From: Verrucomicrobiota bacterium
GTDB taxonomy: Bacteria; Verrucomicrobiota; Verrucomicrobiia; Limisphaerales; AAA164-E04
DNA length: 64,000 nt
Direction: 5' to 3'
NCBI GenBank assembly: GCA_047947115.1
Contig: CP170459.1
Location: 4,576,001 to 4,640,000 of the forward strand
Numbering within the stretch: position 1 is the stretch's first letter; each line of letters opens with the position of its first letter. A program made the position numbers and the translations under genes. Shown piece after piece: positions 30,126 to 40,748 of the stretch. Under the pieces are notes generated by a model, which searched no databases, was not told the DNA's origin, and was given only the letters and a program-made list of their open reading frames with translations.

Positions 30126-31410
30126 TGGCAGGCAACTTTCCCTGGGCATCAAAGGCCATCTCTTCAGGATCCCCCAGGATGCGAACCTGATCGTGAGATC
30201 GAGCTTCACGAAGCAGGCTTTCGGATGCTTCCATCCAATTTAGATTCAATGTGTCCCGTATCCTCAAGATACGGGATTCTTTTTTGTCCGCTACCAATAC
30301 AGAACTCAATGCCCACTGAATCACTTCCCTGTCGGATTCAAAATGAATGGGCACCTTGGCTCCATTCATGGTCATGGCAGTAACGGCATTCACAAAGGAA
30401 GTCCGGGGATCCATCGCCCTCACCAGACGTGATGTGGTGTAGTCCGCCATACCGATACCGATCGCGTTGCCGTGCGATTCCGGTGTCAAATCACGCACCA
30501 TGATCCGCTTGATGCGTGGAAAATCGGTCTGCTGGGAAAAATCCGTGGAATACCCGTGCACTCCACGACCAATGATATTTGGATCCATCCCCGATCCGCT
30601 GACGTTCTTTCCGATCGAATCCACAATCAACAGATCCAAATCATCAAAAGGCAACCGTGGCATCAAGTCCCTGGCCGTTTGAAAGAGTTTTTCTTCTTCC
30701 TTCACCAGAGATTCGGAAGGAAGAAACCGAATGGAATCGGTTTGGTGCAACGCGTTTTCAACAACCGCCAATCCACCCAATATGGGCATCTTCAGCAACA
30801 GGCTCTCTGCATAGGTTCGCAGCACATTCTCGTAGCCGTGTTGGATAGAGGCCCTATGAAACGCGGAAGCCCCGTCTCGTTTACCCAATCCCACCACCAG
30901 CATTTTAAGGATCCCACTACCCAGATTTCCCTTGAAATCGGTATGGGGCTTGATGCGGTTGAGAATTAAAACTCCATCCAATTCGGAAGCAACCCGACTC
31001 CAGTAGATCGGTGTCCCCCACTCGGTTTGGCCAGCCTGAATCGTCTCCATGGATGCTTCCACCGGCACGCCTTGCTGTTCACGCCCGACACCGTAGCCGG
31101 CCAGCAACGCGGTCTGCCCCTCGGAAGAAGCCCCCCCATGACTCCCCATGGCGGGAAGAATGACGACACGGGCATCCATGGATTGCAAGACCTCCACCGC
31201 GGTCGACACCATGCAATCCAAACCGGTGATCCCCCTGCTCCCCACGGCCAAGCCAACCCGCATCCCGGGTTTCACCCGAAACCGAAGTGGTTCCAATGCC
31301 TTTTGAACAGCCGTGACATATTCAAAATCGGTGTCGCGACCGGGAAAGACCTGCTCCAATGGAAACATTTTCGGAAGTGGAAAATCAGGTTTGTATTCGG
31401 ACTGCATCAT
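30115..31410 (-). CDS. LarA (lactate racemase)-like / DUF362-type protein
   Basis: AVGSRGI, PAMGSHGGA, NRIKPHTDF, GKNVSGSGMDPNIIGR, SHGNAIGIG. Confidence 0.7.
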   Translation of the reverse strand: MMQSEYKPDFPLPKMFPLEQVFPGRDTDFEYVTAVQKALEPLRFRVKPGMRVGLAVGSRGITGLDCMVSTAVEVLQSMDARVVILPAMGSHGGASSEGQTALLAGYGVGREQQGVPVEASMETIQAGQTEWGTPIYWSRVASELDGVLILNRIKPHTDFKGNLGSGILKMLVVGLGKRDGASAFHRASIQHGYENVLRTYAESLLLKMPILGGLAVVENALHQTDSIRFLPSESLVKEEEKLFQTARDLMPRLPFDDLDLLIVDSIGKNVSGSGMDPNIIGRGVHGYSTDFSQQTDFPRIKRIMVRDLTPESHGNAIGIGMADYTTSRLVRAMDPRTSFVNAVTAMTMNGAKVPIHFESDREVIQWALSSVLVADKKESRILRIRDTLNLNWMEASESLLREARSHDQVRILGDPEEMAFDAQGKLPAIMH

Positions 31411-31451
31411 GAAATCGTGAAACTGCTGCCCTGGAAAGTCGATGTCAAAAT

Positions 31452-32333
31452 TCAGGCATTCAAATGCCCCAAGGCCAACAATCCGTAAAAAGTGTATTCG
31501 GTGTCCAACTCATCCTCATGCCAATGTCCATGGAATGCTCCTTCATTGGTCCAAAGAGTATCGATAAAATCAAGACATCTCTCCCGTTGTTCCTCGTTCA
31601 CACCACGTTCCACGCCTGCCAAAGCGTGCAAAGCAGTGGCGGTGGAAAGCAGATCCGGAATGGGTGCCGTCGGTGTGGCCATAAACCCTCCCATGGGATG
31701 AATGCGATTGATCAACCAATCGGCTGCTCCTGACGGAACAGGACCACCCCATTGCCTCAACGTTGTCATTACGGCCGCGGTGGCATTGGTTGCCCCCACT
31801 TTTTGCTGCCGGTCATTGCCCCACGCGCCATCGGATGTCTTCAGGCCTTCGAGTGATGATTGCAGATCGGATTGGACATGATTCAAGTCCACACCAAGAT
31901 CCTGCATGGCTCCCACCCCCAGGAATGCTCCATAAGCGGTTCCGTAAGGTGCATTCGGTTCGGGGTGGAAACCTCCATCCTGACTCCTGAAGCGATTCAA
32001 GTGGCTCAGCAGATCCTCCCGAACCCCTCTCAGGTTTTGAGCGGCGGAAAGGCATCGAATCAGGCAACACAAATGAACGAAATCGAGATCTTCACCCGTT
32101 CCGTGAGAGGTAACGAAAGGCAGCCAATCACTCTCATCACACTCCACCCCCAAACTCAGCAAACCATCCAATCCAAACACAGTGTAGTATAAATCCGGCG
32201 ATCCGGAACGATCCTGGAATCCCCCTCCCTTGGCACGCGCATGCTTTAAAAACTGCGCGACCAAATCTGCCGATTCCCCCAACGCTTTGGGAGCCAGCCT
32301 TGCCACTTGAATCATTTCCAATCGAATACTCAT
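31452..32333 (-). CDS. Prenyltransferase/squalene-oxidase repeat protein
   Basis: Repeated GGF...DLYYT / DGGF / GGF...DLLSTATALH / DTEYTFYGL units; start MSIRLEM at 32333. Confidence 0.75.
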   Translation of the reverse strand: MSIRLEMIQVARLAPKALGESADLVAQFLKHARAKGGGFQDRSGSPDLYYTVFGLDGLLSLGVECDESDWLPFVTSHGTGEDLDFVHLCCLIRCLSAAQNLRGVREDLLSHLNRFRSQDGGFHPEPNAPYGTAYGAFLGVGAMQDLGVDLNHVQSDLQSSLEGLKTSDGAWGNDRQQKVGATNATAAVMTTLRQWGGPVPSGAADWLINRIHPMGGFMATPTAPIPDLLSTATALHALAGVERGVNEEQRERCLDFIDTLWTNEGAFHGHWHEDELDTEYTFYGLLALGHLNA

Positions 32334-32542
32334 GCCATGAATCTTGGGTGACTCTTGCTCAGCAACAAGCCATCCATTGCGATATCGAAAACGAGGACCG
32401 CAAACCTCGATATCCTGCATTGAAAAGGGATTCATTGAAAGCATTTCCAATTTGAAATTGCCATCAAAACCCCACCTCCGTAGCATGAACTTGTCCGGTG
32501 TCCAATCATTTCAATAACCGACAAACCAGCATCAGACAGAAC

Positions 32543-33358
32543 ATGCATCAAAGCAAGGTGACAGACATTGACCTGGACGACCCTAGATCCAGCCGACAAT
32601 ACCGACTGCTTCCGCCCCGGCATCTTGGAGTGACGATAGGGCGCAAGACGGGAGACTTTGTGGAGAATTTCATCGCCAAACGTGGAGCAGTGGAAGACCT
32701 GGCTGTTTTTGAAAACGCCACATTTCCATGGGCGAAAAAAGTGGAACAGGAATGGAAAATCATCCGTAAGGAACTGGATACCATCCTGGCGTTCAGAGAC
32801 CAGATCCCCAGTTTTCATGAGATCCTGAAGGAGGCCAAAACCATCACACAGGACAATGATTGGAAAACGTTTTTCCTGGTCGCCCCGGGCATGAAATGCG
32901 ACGCCAACCAAGCCAAATGCCCGGAGACCACACGCATCCTTCAACATATCCCGGGATTGCACACCGCCTTCTTCTCCATCCTATCGCCGCACAAGCATAT
33001 TCCAGCTCATCGTGGCCCTTTTTGCGGGGTCTTGCGATATCATCTAGGACTTCTGGTCCCCGAACCAAGGGAACAATGCCGCATACGCATCGGCACCCAG
33101 ATTCGGCATTGGGAAGAAGGTCAAAGCCTCATTTTTGACGACACATACAATCATGAAGTCTGGAACAACACCGACGGTTACCGGGTGGTCTTGTTTGTGG
33201 ATTTTGCCCGCCCGATGAAATCCCCCTACCAGACCTTGCTTGGATGGCTCCTCAAAGCAGCCGCCAACACGCCCTTACTCAAGGAAGCAGGCTACAAGCA
33301 GAAAAAATGGGAAAGCAAATTCTACGGCAAAAACGACCAAACCGAAATGATACAGTGA
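32543..33358 (+). CDS. Aspartyl/asparaginyl beta-hydroxylase family 2OG-Fe(II) dioxygenase (LpxO-like)
   Basis: WKTFFL, AFFSILSP..HIPAHRGP..GVLRYHLGL, FDDTYNHEV, RVVLFVD. Confidence 0.88.
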   Translation: MHQSKVTDIDLDDPRSSRQYRLLPPRHLGVTIGRKTGDFVENFIAKRGAVEDLAVFENATFPWAKKVEQEWKIIRKELDTILAFRDQIPSFHEILKEAKTITQDNDWKTFFLVAPGMKCDANQAKCPETTRILQHIPGLHTAFFSILSPHKHIPAHRGPFCGVLRYHLGLLVPEPREQCRIRIGTQIRHWEEGQSLIFDDTYNHEVWNNTDGYRVVLFVDFARPMKSPYQTLLGWLLKAAANTPLLKEAGYKQKKWESKFYGKNDQTEMIQ

Positions 33359-33380
33359 AACGCACACTCCACCCTACCGC

Positions 33381-34574
33381 TCACCTTCTCAGGGACCCGG
33401 CTTTGTCCCATTTTGCCGTCAGCCTTTCCAACCATCCCCCAACAATGTGATCAGGGATTGTGTCGGCTTTCTGATATTCCGAAATGGTTTTGCCCCAGTA
33501 GAACGAAATCCACCCATCCACGAAAACGTCCGCTTCTGTCATGAACTGATCCATTTCCTCGAAGCTGCACTTTAGCGGAAAACACTCTTCAACCACCAGG
33601 GGCTTACCCAACTCATAAACCTTTAAAGCTTTCATAGCTTTTTCAACACCCTCCTTTTCCGGGTAAAAATGGACGCTTACGAAATCCAGATGCTCGAACG
33701 TTTTCTTACGATAAAACAAAGGTTTGGCACTGGGAAAGACATGTGCCCAGGGAATGACCCCCACGGTTATGAGCGCATCGGAATCGTGACGGCGGATGGC
33801 ACGACACATTTTATCAACCCACTGATCCACCACTTCCTCCCGACTGCGCACCATCAGATCTAGTGTGAGACGTTGAACAAAATACTTCCCCCCCAACTCC
33901 CCGGCCAACCAGTCGGTTTCCACCTTGCCTTTACCGGAAAGAATGGGTTCGTTCATCAAGTCATAACAGAAAACCGCAGTGCTTCCGGCACAAGCCGAGG
34001 AAACCGATTCCCAAAAAATTGCCTGAGCATCCCACCGATCTGACTCACCCAATGCGTCATACCAGCCCGGGATGTCTTCCTTGTGGTGACACCCCAACCC
34101 CGTCAAATCCAGATACAAGCCGGTCACCTCCGCCAAATCCAAAAGCTTTTTCAGACGTTTCAATGGTTCGGGGCTGGATTTCCGGGGACCCTTCATAAAC
34201 TTGCCAAATTGAAGATGGATACGAACCACATTCGCCCCAAGATCGGCCATCTCTTTAAAATCCTCAACCACGGTTTCCCATTCCGCCTCCCAATAATCTT
34301 CCAGCAAATGTCCATTCCGATCATGATCGTAATTGAAACCACGTATGGAAAAGGTTTCGACAGAACCTGATTTCACAAAACCATTCCCTGCCGGATTGAT
34401 TTCAATACGAGGCAATGTCCCCCCCTGCAATAGCTGGTCATGACACAGCAAATATCCCAGACACACACTCAGCCAGGGAAACGCTCCTGCTTGCAAGGCG
34501 GACGCCACGGCATCCGTGATCAAGGCGCCGGAACGACGCATCCAAAGATTCGGCAAGTGGAATTTGTGAATCAT
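33381..34574 (-). CDS. Glycoside hydrolase, GH5-like (clan A)
   Basis: GANVVRIHL, YDLMNEP (acid/base), VSVHFY, LVVEE (nucleophile); start uncertain. Confidence 0.8.
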   Translation of the reverse strand: MIHKFHLPNLWMRRSGALITDAVASALQAGAFPWLSVCLGYLLCHDQLLQGGTLPRIEINPAGNGFVKSGSVETFSIRGFNYDHDRNGHLLEDYWEAEWETVVEDFKEMADLGANVVRIHLQFGKFMKGPRKSSPEPLKRLKKLLDLAEVTGLYLDLTGLGCHHKEDIPGWYDALGESDRWDAQAIFWESVSSACAGSTAVFCYDLMNEPILSGKGKVETDWLAGELGGKYFVQRLTLDLMVRSREEVVDQWVDKMCRAIRRHDSDALITVGVIPWAHVFPSAKPLFYRKKTFEHLDFVSVHFYPEKEGVEKAMKALKVYELGKPLVVEECFPLKCSFEEMDQFMTEADVFVDGWISFYWGKTISEYQKADTIPDHIVGGWLERLTAKWDKAGSLRR

Positions 34575-34684
34575 TCCGGCATCTTAGACATTTGACTTTG
34601 GCTTGTCATGTCCTCATTACCACGTCCATACTCGACCGCATCACCATGAAGGAAAAGAAAGACTCATTATTTCGCACAAAGCCC

Positions 34685-36037
34685 ATGATATCAGCAAACC
34701 TCACAAGAGTTTTCAACGCAAGTCAATGGATACTGGCTACCTTGCTTTGCATGGGAACGTTGCATGCCCGCAAACCCAATGTCATTCTGATTTATACGGA
34801 CGATCAGGGAAGTGTCGATCTGAATTGTTACGGAGCCAAGGACCTTTACACACCCCATTTGGATCAATTGGCTAGGAAGGGCGTTAAATTCTCACAGTTT
34901 TACTCGGCTGCACCCGTTTGCTCGCCCTCGCGCGCGGCGGTTCTGACCGGCAGGTTCCCACAACATGCCGGCGTTCCCGGAAATGTGAGTTCGGAAAAGG
35001 GTCATTCCGGCATGCCATCCAGCCAGACCACCATCGCTGAAATGATGAAAGCAGCCGGTTACGCCACCGGTCACATCGGCAAATGGCACCTCGGTTACAC
35101 CCCCGAAACCATGCCCAACGGACAGGGCTTTGATTCATCTTTCGGTCACATGGGTGGCTGCATCGACAACTGGTCCCACTTTTTCTACTGGCAAGGCCCA
35201 AACCGACATGATCTTTGGCGTAATGGAACCGAAATATGGGAGGACGGACAATTTTTTCCCGCTCTGATGGTAAAAGAAACAGAAACTTTTATCACCCGAC
35301 ACAAGGACGAACCCTTCTTTCTTTATTGGGCCATCAACGTACCTCATTACCCGCTCCAAGGCACCGATGGCTGGAGGAAATTCTACGACCACCTCCCTGC
35401 ACCACGCAAGATGTATGCAGCGTTCGTGTCCACCATGGATGAAAAGATCGGAAACGTGCTGTCTATCATAGAACAACAAGGACTCGCAGAGGATACCATC
35501 GTCATTTTTCAATCAGATCATGGACATTCCACCGAAGTCAGGACCTTCGGCGGCGGAGGCGACGCAGGACCTTATCGCGGGGCAAAATTCAGTTTGTTCG
35601 AAGGAGGCATTCGGGTGCCGGCGATCATCAGTTGGCCCGGGCACTTGCAAGAAAATGCCACGAGAGATCAACTGGTGACATCGATCGACTGGTTCCCGAC
35701 CATCGCAGACCTCTGCGGCATTGAATTGCCGGTAACCCCTGTGGACGGAGTCAGCCTGCGGCCCGTGCTGGAATCGGCCGATGCTCCAGGATCGCATGAA
35801 ACATTCCACTGGCAAACAGGCAATGCCAATAGCCCTCAATGGGCCGTGCGCCAGGGACCATGGAAACTGCTCGGCAATCCGAATGATACCAGCAACAAGG
35901 CTCCCATCGACGGCAACCTGTTCCTGAGCAACCTTGAAAAAGACGTGACCGAAATGACCAACTACGCCTCCCAGTATCCGGAAGTGGTGTGGAAGCTGCG
36001 CAAGCTCCATGGCACATGGGCGGAGCGTTGGAAATAA
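34685..36037 (+). CDS. Formylglycine-dependent sulfatase (S1)
   Basis: PNVILIYTDD, CSPSRAAVLTGR, IGKWHLG, SDHG, EGGIRVP. Confidence 0.93.
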   Translation: MISANLTRVFNASQWILATLLCMGTLHARKPNVILIYTDDQGSVDLNCYGAKDLYTPHLDQLARKGVKFSQFYSAAPVCSPSRAAVLTGRFPQHAGVPGNVSSEKGHSGMPSSQTTIAEMMKAAGYATGHIGKWHLGYTPETMPNGQGFDSSFGHMGGCIDNWSHFFYWQGPNRHDLWRNGTEIWEDGQFFPALMVKETETFITRHKDEPFFLYWAINVPHYPLQGTDGWRKFYDHLPAPRKMYAAFVSTMDEKIGNVLSIIEQQGLAEDTIVIFQSDHGHSTEVRTFGGGGDAGPYRGAKFSLFEGGIRVPAIISWPGHLQENATRDQLVTSIDWFPTIADLCGIELPVTPVDGVSLRPVLESADAPGSHETFHWQTGNANSPQWAVRQGPWKLLGNPNDTSNKAPIDGNLFLSNLEKDVTEMTNYASQYPEVVWKLRKLHGTWAERWK

Positions 36038-36038
36038 A

Positions 36039-37358
36039 TCACTGAGAGGACTGGACGGATTTGGCAGGGTGCCAGACAACCGCCCAAACAAGCACCAATA
36101 TCCCGATGCCGCACCCGATCGTGAGCGCGATCGGTGCGTTCATCCATTTGGCAATGGCACCGGATAAATAGTTACCAAAGGGACTCAACCCGATAAAACA
36201 AAACGAATACACTCCCATGACGCGCCCCCTCAGAAGGTCGCTGACATACCCTTGAACCAACATGTTGGAGGCGGCAAAAAAGGTAATCATACCCCACCCT
36301 GCGACAACCAGGATCGCAGCAGACAGCCAGGCATTCCTGCTCCAGGCGAAACAAACCATACAGACCAGAAACAAACCCAATCCCCAACGCGAAAAATTAC
36401 GCCGGTCAAACCGATTTCCAAAAGCTGCCAACGTGATGGATCCAGCCAGGGCACCGACACCGTTTGCGGTCAAAAGCCAGCCGAATCCATCCGCCCCAAT
36501 CTTCAGGATATCCCTCGCAAAAACCGGCATCAACGCTGTGTAGGCCATGCCGAACAAACTCATCATGGACACAAGAATGAAAACAATGCGGACATCCGGA
36601 TGCTGCCAGATCCAGTGAACCGCCTCGCCAGTGGCGGCTTTCAGGTTTCGATGTTCACCTGACGGCTTGCTCTTGGGAAGACGCATCGCCAGGTAACCCA
36701 CGATCACAGCCGCATAGGAAATGGCGTTCACCAGGAAACAAGTCGCCACACTACCTCGAATCAATACCATCCCGGCGATGGCGGGACCAATGATCCGGGC
36801 GGAATTAAATACGGAAGAGTTCAATGCGATGGCATTGGTCAAGTCCTGCTTCCCAACCATATCCACCACGAAACTCTGTCTGGTCGGAATATCAAATGCA
36901 TTGGTCATCCCCAAACCAAACGCCAAGACCCCAACCTGCCAAACCTGGATGTCTCCTTTTACTGCCATTGCATAAAGCAACAGAGACATGACCAGAGCAA
37001 AGGACTGCGTCACTACCAAGATGGTGCGCTTGTTGAATCGGTCGGCAATGACGCCCCCGTAAAAAGTGAACAATGTGACCGGAATCGTATGCAGAAACCG
37101 CATAAGCCCGAGGGCAAGAGGAGATCCCGTGTGATCATACACCAACCACCCTTCCGCAACCATCTGCATCCAGGTTCCGGTCAGGGAGATGATCTGGCCA
37201 AAAAAGAAGATCCGGTAGTTGTAATGCTTGAGCGAAGCCAGCATGGCGGAACCCGAAACCGGCACCGCAGGCGTGCGCCTGGGTTGCTCCAGCGCATCTC
37301 CAGGCACCGAGGTTATCTCCGGTGCTCGATCGTTCTGCCTGCTTCGCCCCTGGCTCAT
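36039..37358 (-). CDS. MFS transporter (MFS_3/DHA3-like)
   Basis: About 12 TM; GGVIADRFNKR motif A; AFDIPTRQSF. Confidence 0.9.
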   Translation of the reverse strand: MSQGRSRQNDRAPEITSVPGDALEQPRRTPAVPVSGSAMLASLKHYNYRIFFFGQIISLTGTWMQMVAEGWLVYDHTGSPLALGLMRFLHTIPVTLFTFYGGVIADRFNKRTILVVTQSFALVMSLLLYAMAVKGDIQVWQVGVLAFGLGMTNAFDIPTRQSFVVDMVGKQDLTNAIALNSSVFNSARIIGPAIAGMVLIRGSVATCFLVNAISYAAVIVGYLAMRLPKSKPSGEHRNLKAATGEAVHWIWQHPDVRIVFILVSMMSLFGMAYTALMPVFARDILKIGADGFGWLLTANGVGALAGSITLAAFGNRFDRRNFSRWGLGLFLVCMVCFAWSRNAWLSAAILVVAGWGMITFFAASNMLVQGYVSDLLRGRVMGVYSFCFIGLSPFGNYLSGAIAKWMNAPIALTIGCGIGILVLVWAVVWHPAKSVQSSQ

Positions 37359-37460
37359 GTCCGGCTACCATCCAAACCCTGATCTCTTTTGGCAACCCAA
37401 ATCCACTTTCTCGATCGAAACTATGTTCTTACAAGTCAACCCATGCTAGCCTTCACGGAC

Positions 37461-38879
37461 ATGAAGGACCTCATGCAGATCCCACACCCACTGGAAACGC
37501 TCATCAAAGAGCTCCCCTCCCACGCACGCCCCTATTTGGTGGGTGGTTGCGTGAGGGACGGATTGTTGGGACTGCCGGTCAAGGATTACGATCTGGAAAT
37601 CTTTGGCATCCGGTTTGATGATTTAATGGTCATTCTGAAGAAACATGGAAGAACGGACACGGTCGGCAAATCATTTGGCATCATCAAATGGACACCAGTA
37701 AAAGGTCAAACCTTTGACATCGCGCTCCCCAGAAAGGAAATTAAATCAGGAAAAGGCCATCGCGGATTCAATGTGGTGGCCGATCCAAACCTGACCACCA
37801 CCGAAGCAGCGGCTCGACGGGATTTCACCATCAATGCCATCATGTATGACCCGATCCGTCACGAGATGATGGATCCCTATGACGGCCGAAAGGACCTCGA
37901 AAACAGGATCCTGAGATGCACGTCCTCTGCTTTTGCCGAGGATCCTCTTCGAGTATTGAGAGGCATGCAATTCGCCGGACGTTTCGGACTCACCGGTCAC
38001 CCGGATACCATCAAGCTTTGTCAACGCATCAAACAGGAATTCCATGAACTCGCATCTGAACGTGTCTGGGAAGAATGGCGAAAATGGGCCTGCTTGAGCC
38101 GTTTTCCATCCATGGGATTGGCTTTTCTGGATCAAACAGGATGGATGGAACATTTCCCGGAACTACGATCAATGCAAAATGTTCCACAAGATCCTGTCTG
38201 GCATCCGGAAGGAGATGTGTGGAAACACACCTGCCATTGTTGCGATGCACTGGTGAATCTACCGTCCTGGACGAAAGCAGAAAATGAAGAGGACCGACTC
38301 GTCTGGATGCTGGCGATTCTTCTACACGATACCGGTAAAGTTTCCACGACATCGAAGGTGGAAAAAGATGGTCAAATGCGCATCGTCTCACCGGGACATG
38401 ACAGAGTGAGCGCCATCCTGGCAGATGAATTCCTGCTTCGCATGAAAGCTCCCAACATCATTCGGGAGCGAATCATCCCCTTGGTCGCACAACACATGAT
38501 CCATGTGAACACCATCACCGACCGAGCCGTCAGACGCCTTGCAAAACGCCTGGAACCGGAAACCATTCCATCCTTGTGCACGGTCATGTCCGCAGACGCC
38601 ATGGGGCGCCCCCCACTAAGCACTTCCATACCTGAACACATCCATGAAATACGGAAACGAGCCGAAGAACTGGATGTCCTATCCAATGCCCCCACCCCCT
38701 TTCTGAAGGGGCGTGATCTGATGGCAATGGGCATCGAACCAGGCAAACAAATGGGAGAATGGCTGCAGCAAGCCTACGAACTGCAACTGGAGGGAGAACT
38801 CGAAAACCGTGAAAAAGCACTGACTTGGGTTCGAGTCCAAACAAATAGGCCACCCAATACGGGTGGCCCTTGTGATTAA
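37461..38879 (+). CDS. cca: tRNA nucleotidyltransferase / poly(A) polymerase family with HD domain
   Basis: VGGCVRD...DYDLE, RRDFTINA, EDPLRVLR, ERVWEE, HPEGDVWKH, LLHDTGK. Confidence 0.85.
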   Translation: MKDLMQIPHPLETLIKELPSHARPYLVGGCVRDGLLGLPVKDYDLEIFGIRFDDLMVILKKHGRTDTVGKSFGIIKWTPVKGQTFDIALPRKEIKSGKGHRGFNVVADPNLTTTEAAARRDFTINAIMYDPIRHEMMDPYDGRKDLENRILRCTSSAFAEDPLRVLRGMQFAGRFGLTGHPDTIKLCQRIKQEFHELASERVWEEWRKWACLSRFPSMGLAFLDQTGWMEHFPELRSMQNVPQDPVWHPEGDVWKHTCHCCDALVNLPSWTKAENEEDRLVWMLAILLHDTGKVSTTSKVEKDGQMRIVSPGHDRVSAILADEFLLRMKAPNIIRERIIPLVAQHMIHVNTITDRAVRRLAKRLEPETIPSLCTVMSADAMGRPPLSTSIPEHIHEIRKRAEELDVLSNAPTPFLKGRDLMAMGIEPGKQMGEWLQQAYELQLEGELENREKALTWVRVQTNRPPNTGGPCD

Positions 38880-38901
38880 AAATTGGATCTGAAGGGATTG
38901 A

Positions 38902-40035
38902 TTAATCAGCCTTGATGGAAGTCGCGGTAAACTCAAGCTTGCCGTCAATTTCAGCCACCGTTCCTTCAGCAGTCACCTTGGCGGGAGCCTGGCAAATTTT
39001 GCTGTGGAATTTACGGCTGATTTCATTGTCATCGAGCACATAAATCGATTCTTTGCCATCAACCGAAACACGCACCGCATTCTGACATTTGCGAGATTGC
39101 TTGAGTTCGCACTTCAGGCAAACACCTTCACCGGTCAGCGTCTTTTTTTCCTGCAACTTCAGGCTGGTGGGTGTGAACACGGCCTGATCACCATCATCGG
39201 CCATGGTACCGACTGCGACGATGGCGGCGGTGGTTGAGCAGAGGTTCTTATGAAAGCCATTGCTGCATTCATTCTTGGCGAACAGGATCAACTTGTCTTT
39301 ACCGTTGATACTGGTCTTGATGACGTTCTGGCAGCTGTCTGATTTGCCCAGCTCACATTTGAGGCAGCAGCCGGTTCCCTTGATGGTCATGCTGGCGGCC
39401 ACTTTTTTCTCTTCCTTGACAGGTTCAGCCTTGGCTTCTTCTTTCGGAGCTTCCTCGATTTTGGTGGCGGTGATTTTCTTGATGCCGGCCACGTCACTCA
39501 CTTTACCGTAAACAACGGCAGGGGTGGATTTTTGGCAGACTTTTTCGTGAAAAGCCTTACTGACATCGTTGTGTTCCAGAATGTGCAGCACGCCGTTTAC
39601 CACAATACCGTTTTGACAAGCGTCAGTGAGCTTGCAGATACACTTGGTGCAAACGCCCGTTCCGACAAATTTCTGAACATCGTCCGCTTTCTTGGCGGGC
39701 TTATCAGATTCGGCTTCGTCACCGGCCAGGCTGATTTTGGAAGCAACCAGAACTTTCTTACCATCAACTTCCTTGACCTTGCCCACCGCAGTGATGGCGG
39801 CGGTACCGGAACAAAGATTCTTGTGGAAAGCCTTGCTCACGGCGTTGTGCTCCAAAAGATACAAGGTATCGCCGGATTTGAGAGCATTCTGGCAGGAATC
39901 CGTTTGCTTGAGTTCGCACTTGGCACAGCAGCCGGTGCCGCTCAGGGTGACTTCGGCTGAATCAGCCTTGATGTTAGGTTGGAAGCCTGCCACGAGGCCT
40001 AAAACACAACCGAGGGTAAGAAGTATCTTCTTCAT
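38902..40035 (-). CDS. Secreted protein with four tandem Cys/His-rich DUF6370-like domains
   Basis: Signal peptide; four copies of GxGxCxKCx(7)CQN...N..S..FH...C...G. Confidence 0.8.
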   Translation of the reverse strand: MKKILLTLGCVLGLVAGFQPNIKADSAEVTLSGTGCCAKCELKQTDSCQNALKSGDTLYLLEHNAVSKAFHKNLCSGTAAITAVGKVKEVDGKKVLVASKISLAGDEAESDKPAKKADDVQKFVGTGVCTKCICKLTDACQNGIVVNGVLHILEHNDVSKAFHEKVCQKSTPAVVYGKVSDVAGIKKITATKIEEAPKEEAKAEPVKEEKKVAASMTIKGTGCCLKCELGKSDSCQNVIKTSINGKDKLILFAKNECSNGFHKNLCSTTAAIVAVGTMADDGDQAVFTPTSLKLQEKKTLTGEGVCLKCELKQSRKCQNAVRVSVDGKESIYVLDDNEISRKFHSKICQAPAKVTAEGTVAEIDGKLEFTATSIKAD

Positions 40036-40375
40036 AATCGCTTTAATGAATTGCCGGAAATAGTCCGATGTCGCTTATTGTTACTGGGTTGAATTCACAG
40101 TCCAGATCCTGGCAGATGCCGACACGCCAAAACCCAAAAAGGAATTGACCTGACTATATCACAGCCCCCCCAAACCGCAACGAATAATTCCAGCAACCAC
40201 TTTCAGTGGAAAGCCCCTATGATTGTTCCATTGTTGTGCCCCGCATCATCCGTTGCACTGACCTTTTTTGTGTAGCTTTGAAGGTGGGTCAGCGAGAACT
40301 TTCTGGCGCAGACGCTCTTTTCGTTTGGAAACTTGCGCCTGAGCCCTGTTGATGTCATGATAGGACTCAAAATCA

Positions 40376-40702
40376 ATGATGCCTATTAAACCTGAACGTA
40401 TTGATCTGATCGGCGACCAGGTCGCCATCAAGTGGAATGACGGTTCCGAAGACTTCTTTCCCATGGAGCGACTGCGTGCCGCTTCGCCCAGCGCAGAAAA
40501 CACAGGAGAGCCCGACTTATTCGGCCGAATGCATGGTGGCACCGATCAAACGGATTTCCCCGGAGTAACGGTTCTTGGGTGGACACCTGTAGGCAGTTAC
40601 GCCATTCGCTTTGATTTCAGCGACGGACACAAGACCGGGCTTTACAGCTTTCAATACTTGAAGCGATTGTCGGAAAGACTTCAGGAATTGGAAAAAGAGT
40701 AG
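40376..40702 (+). CDS. DUF971 / GBBH-like N-terminal domain protein
   Basis: WNDG...LRAASPSAE...VGSYAIRFDFSDGHKTGLYSFQYL. Confidence 0.85.
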   Translation: MMPIKPERIDLIGDQVAIKWNDGSEDFFPMERLRAASPSAENTGEPDLFGRMHGGTDQTDFPGVTVLGWTPVGSYAIRFDFSDGHKTGLYSFQYLKRLSERLQELEKE

Positions 40703-40748
40703 GGCCGTCACAGGGCAGCGATCCACCACCTGTCTGCCCCAACCTCAG

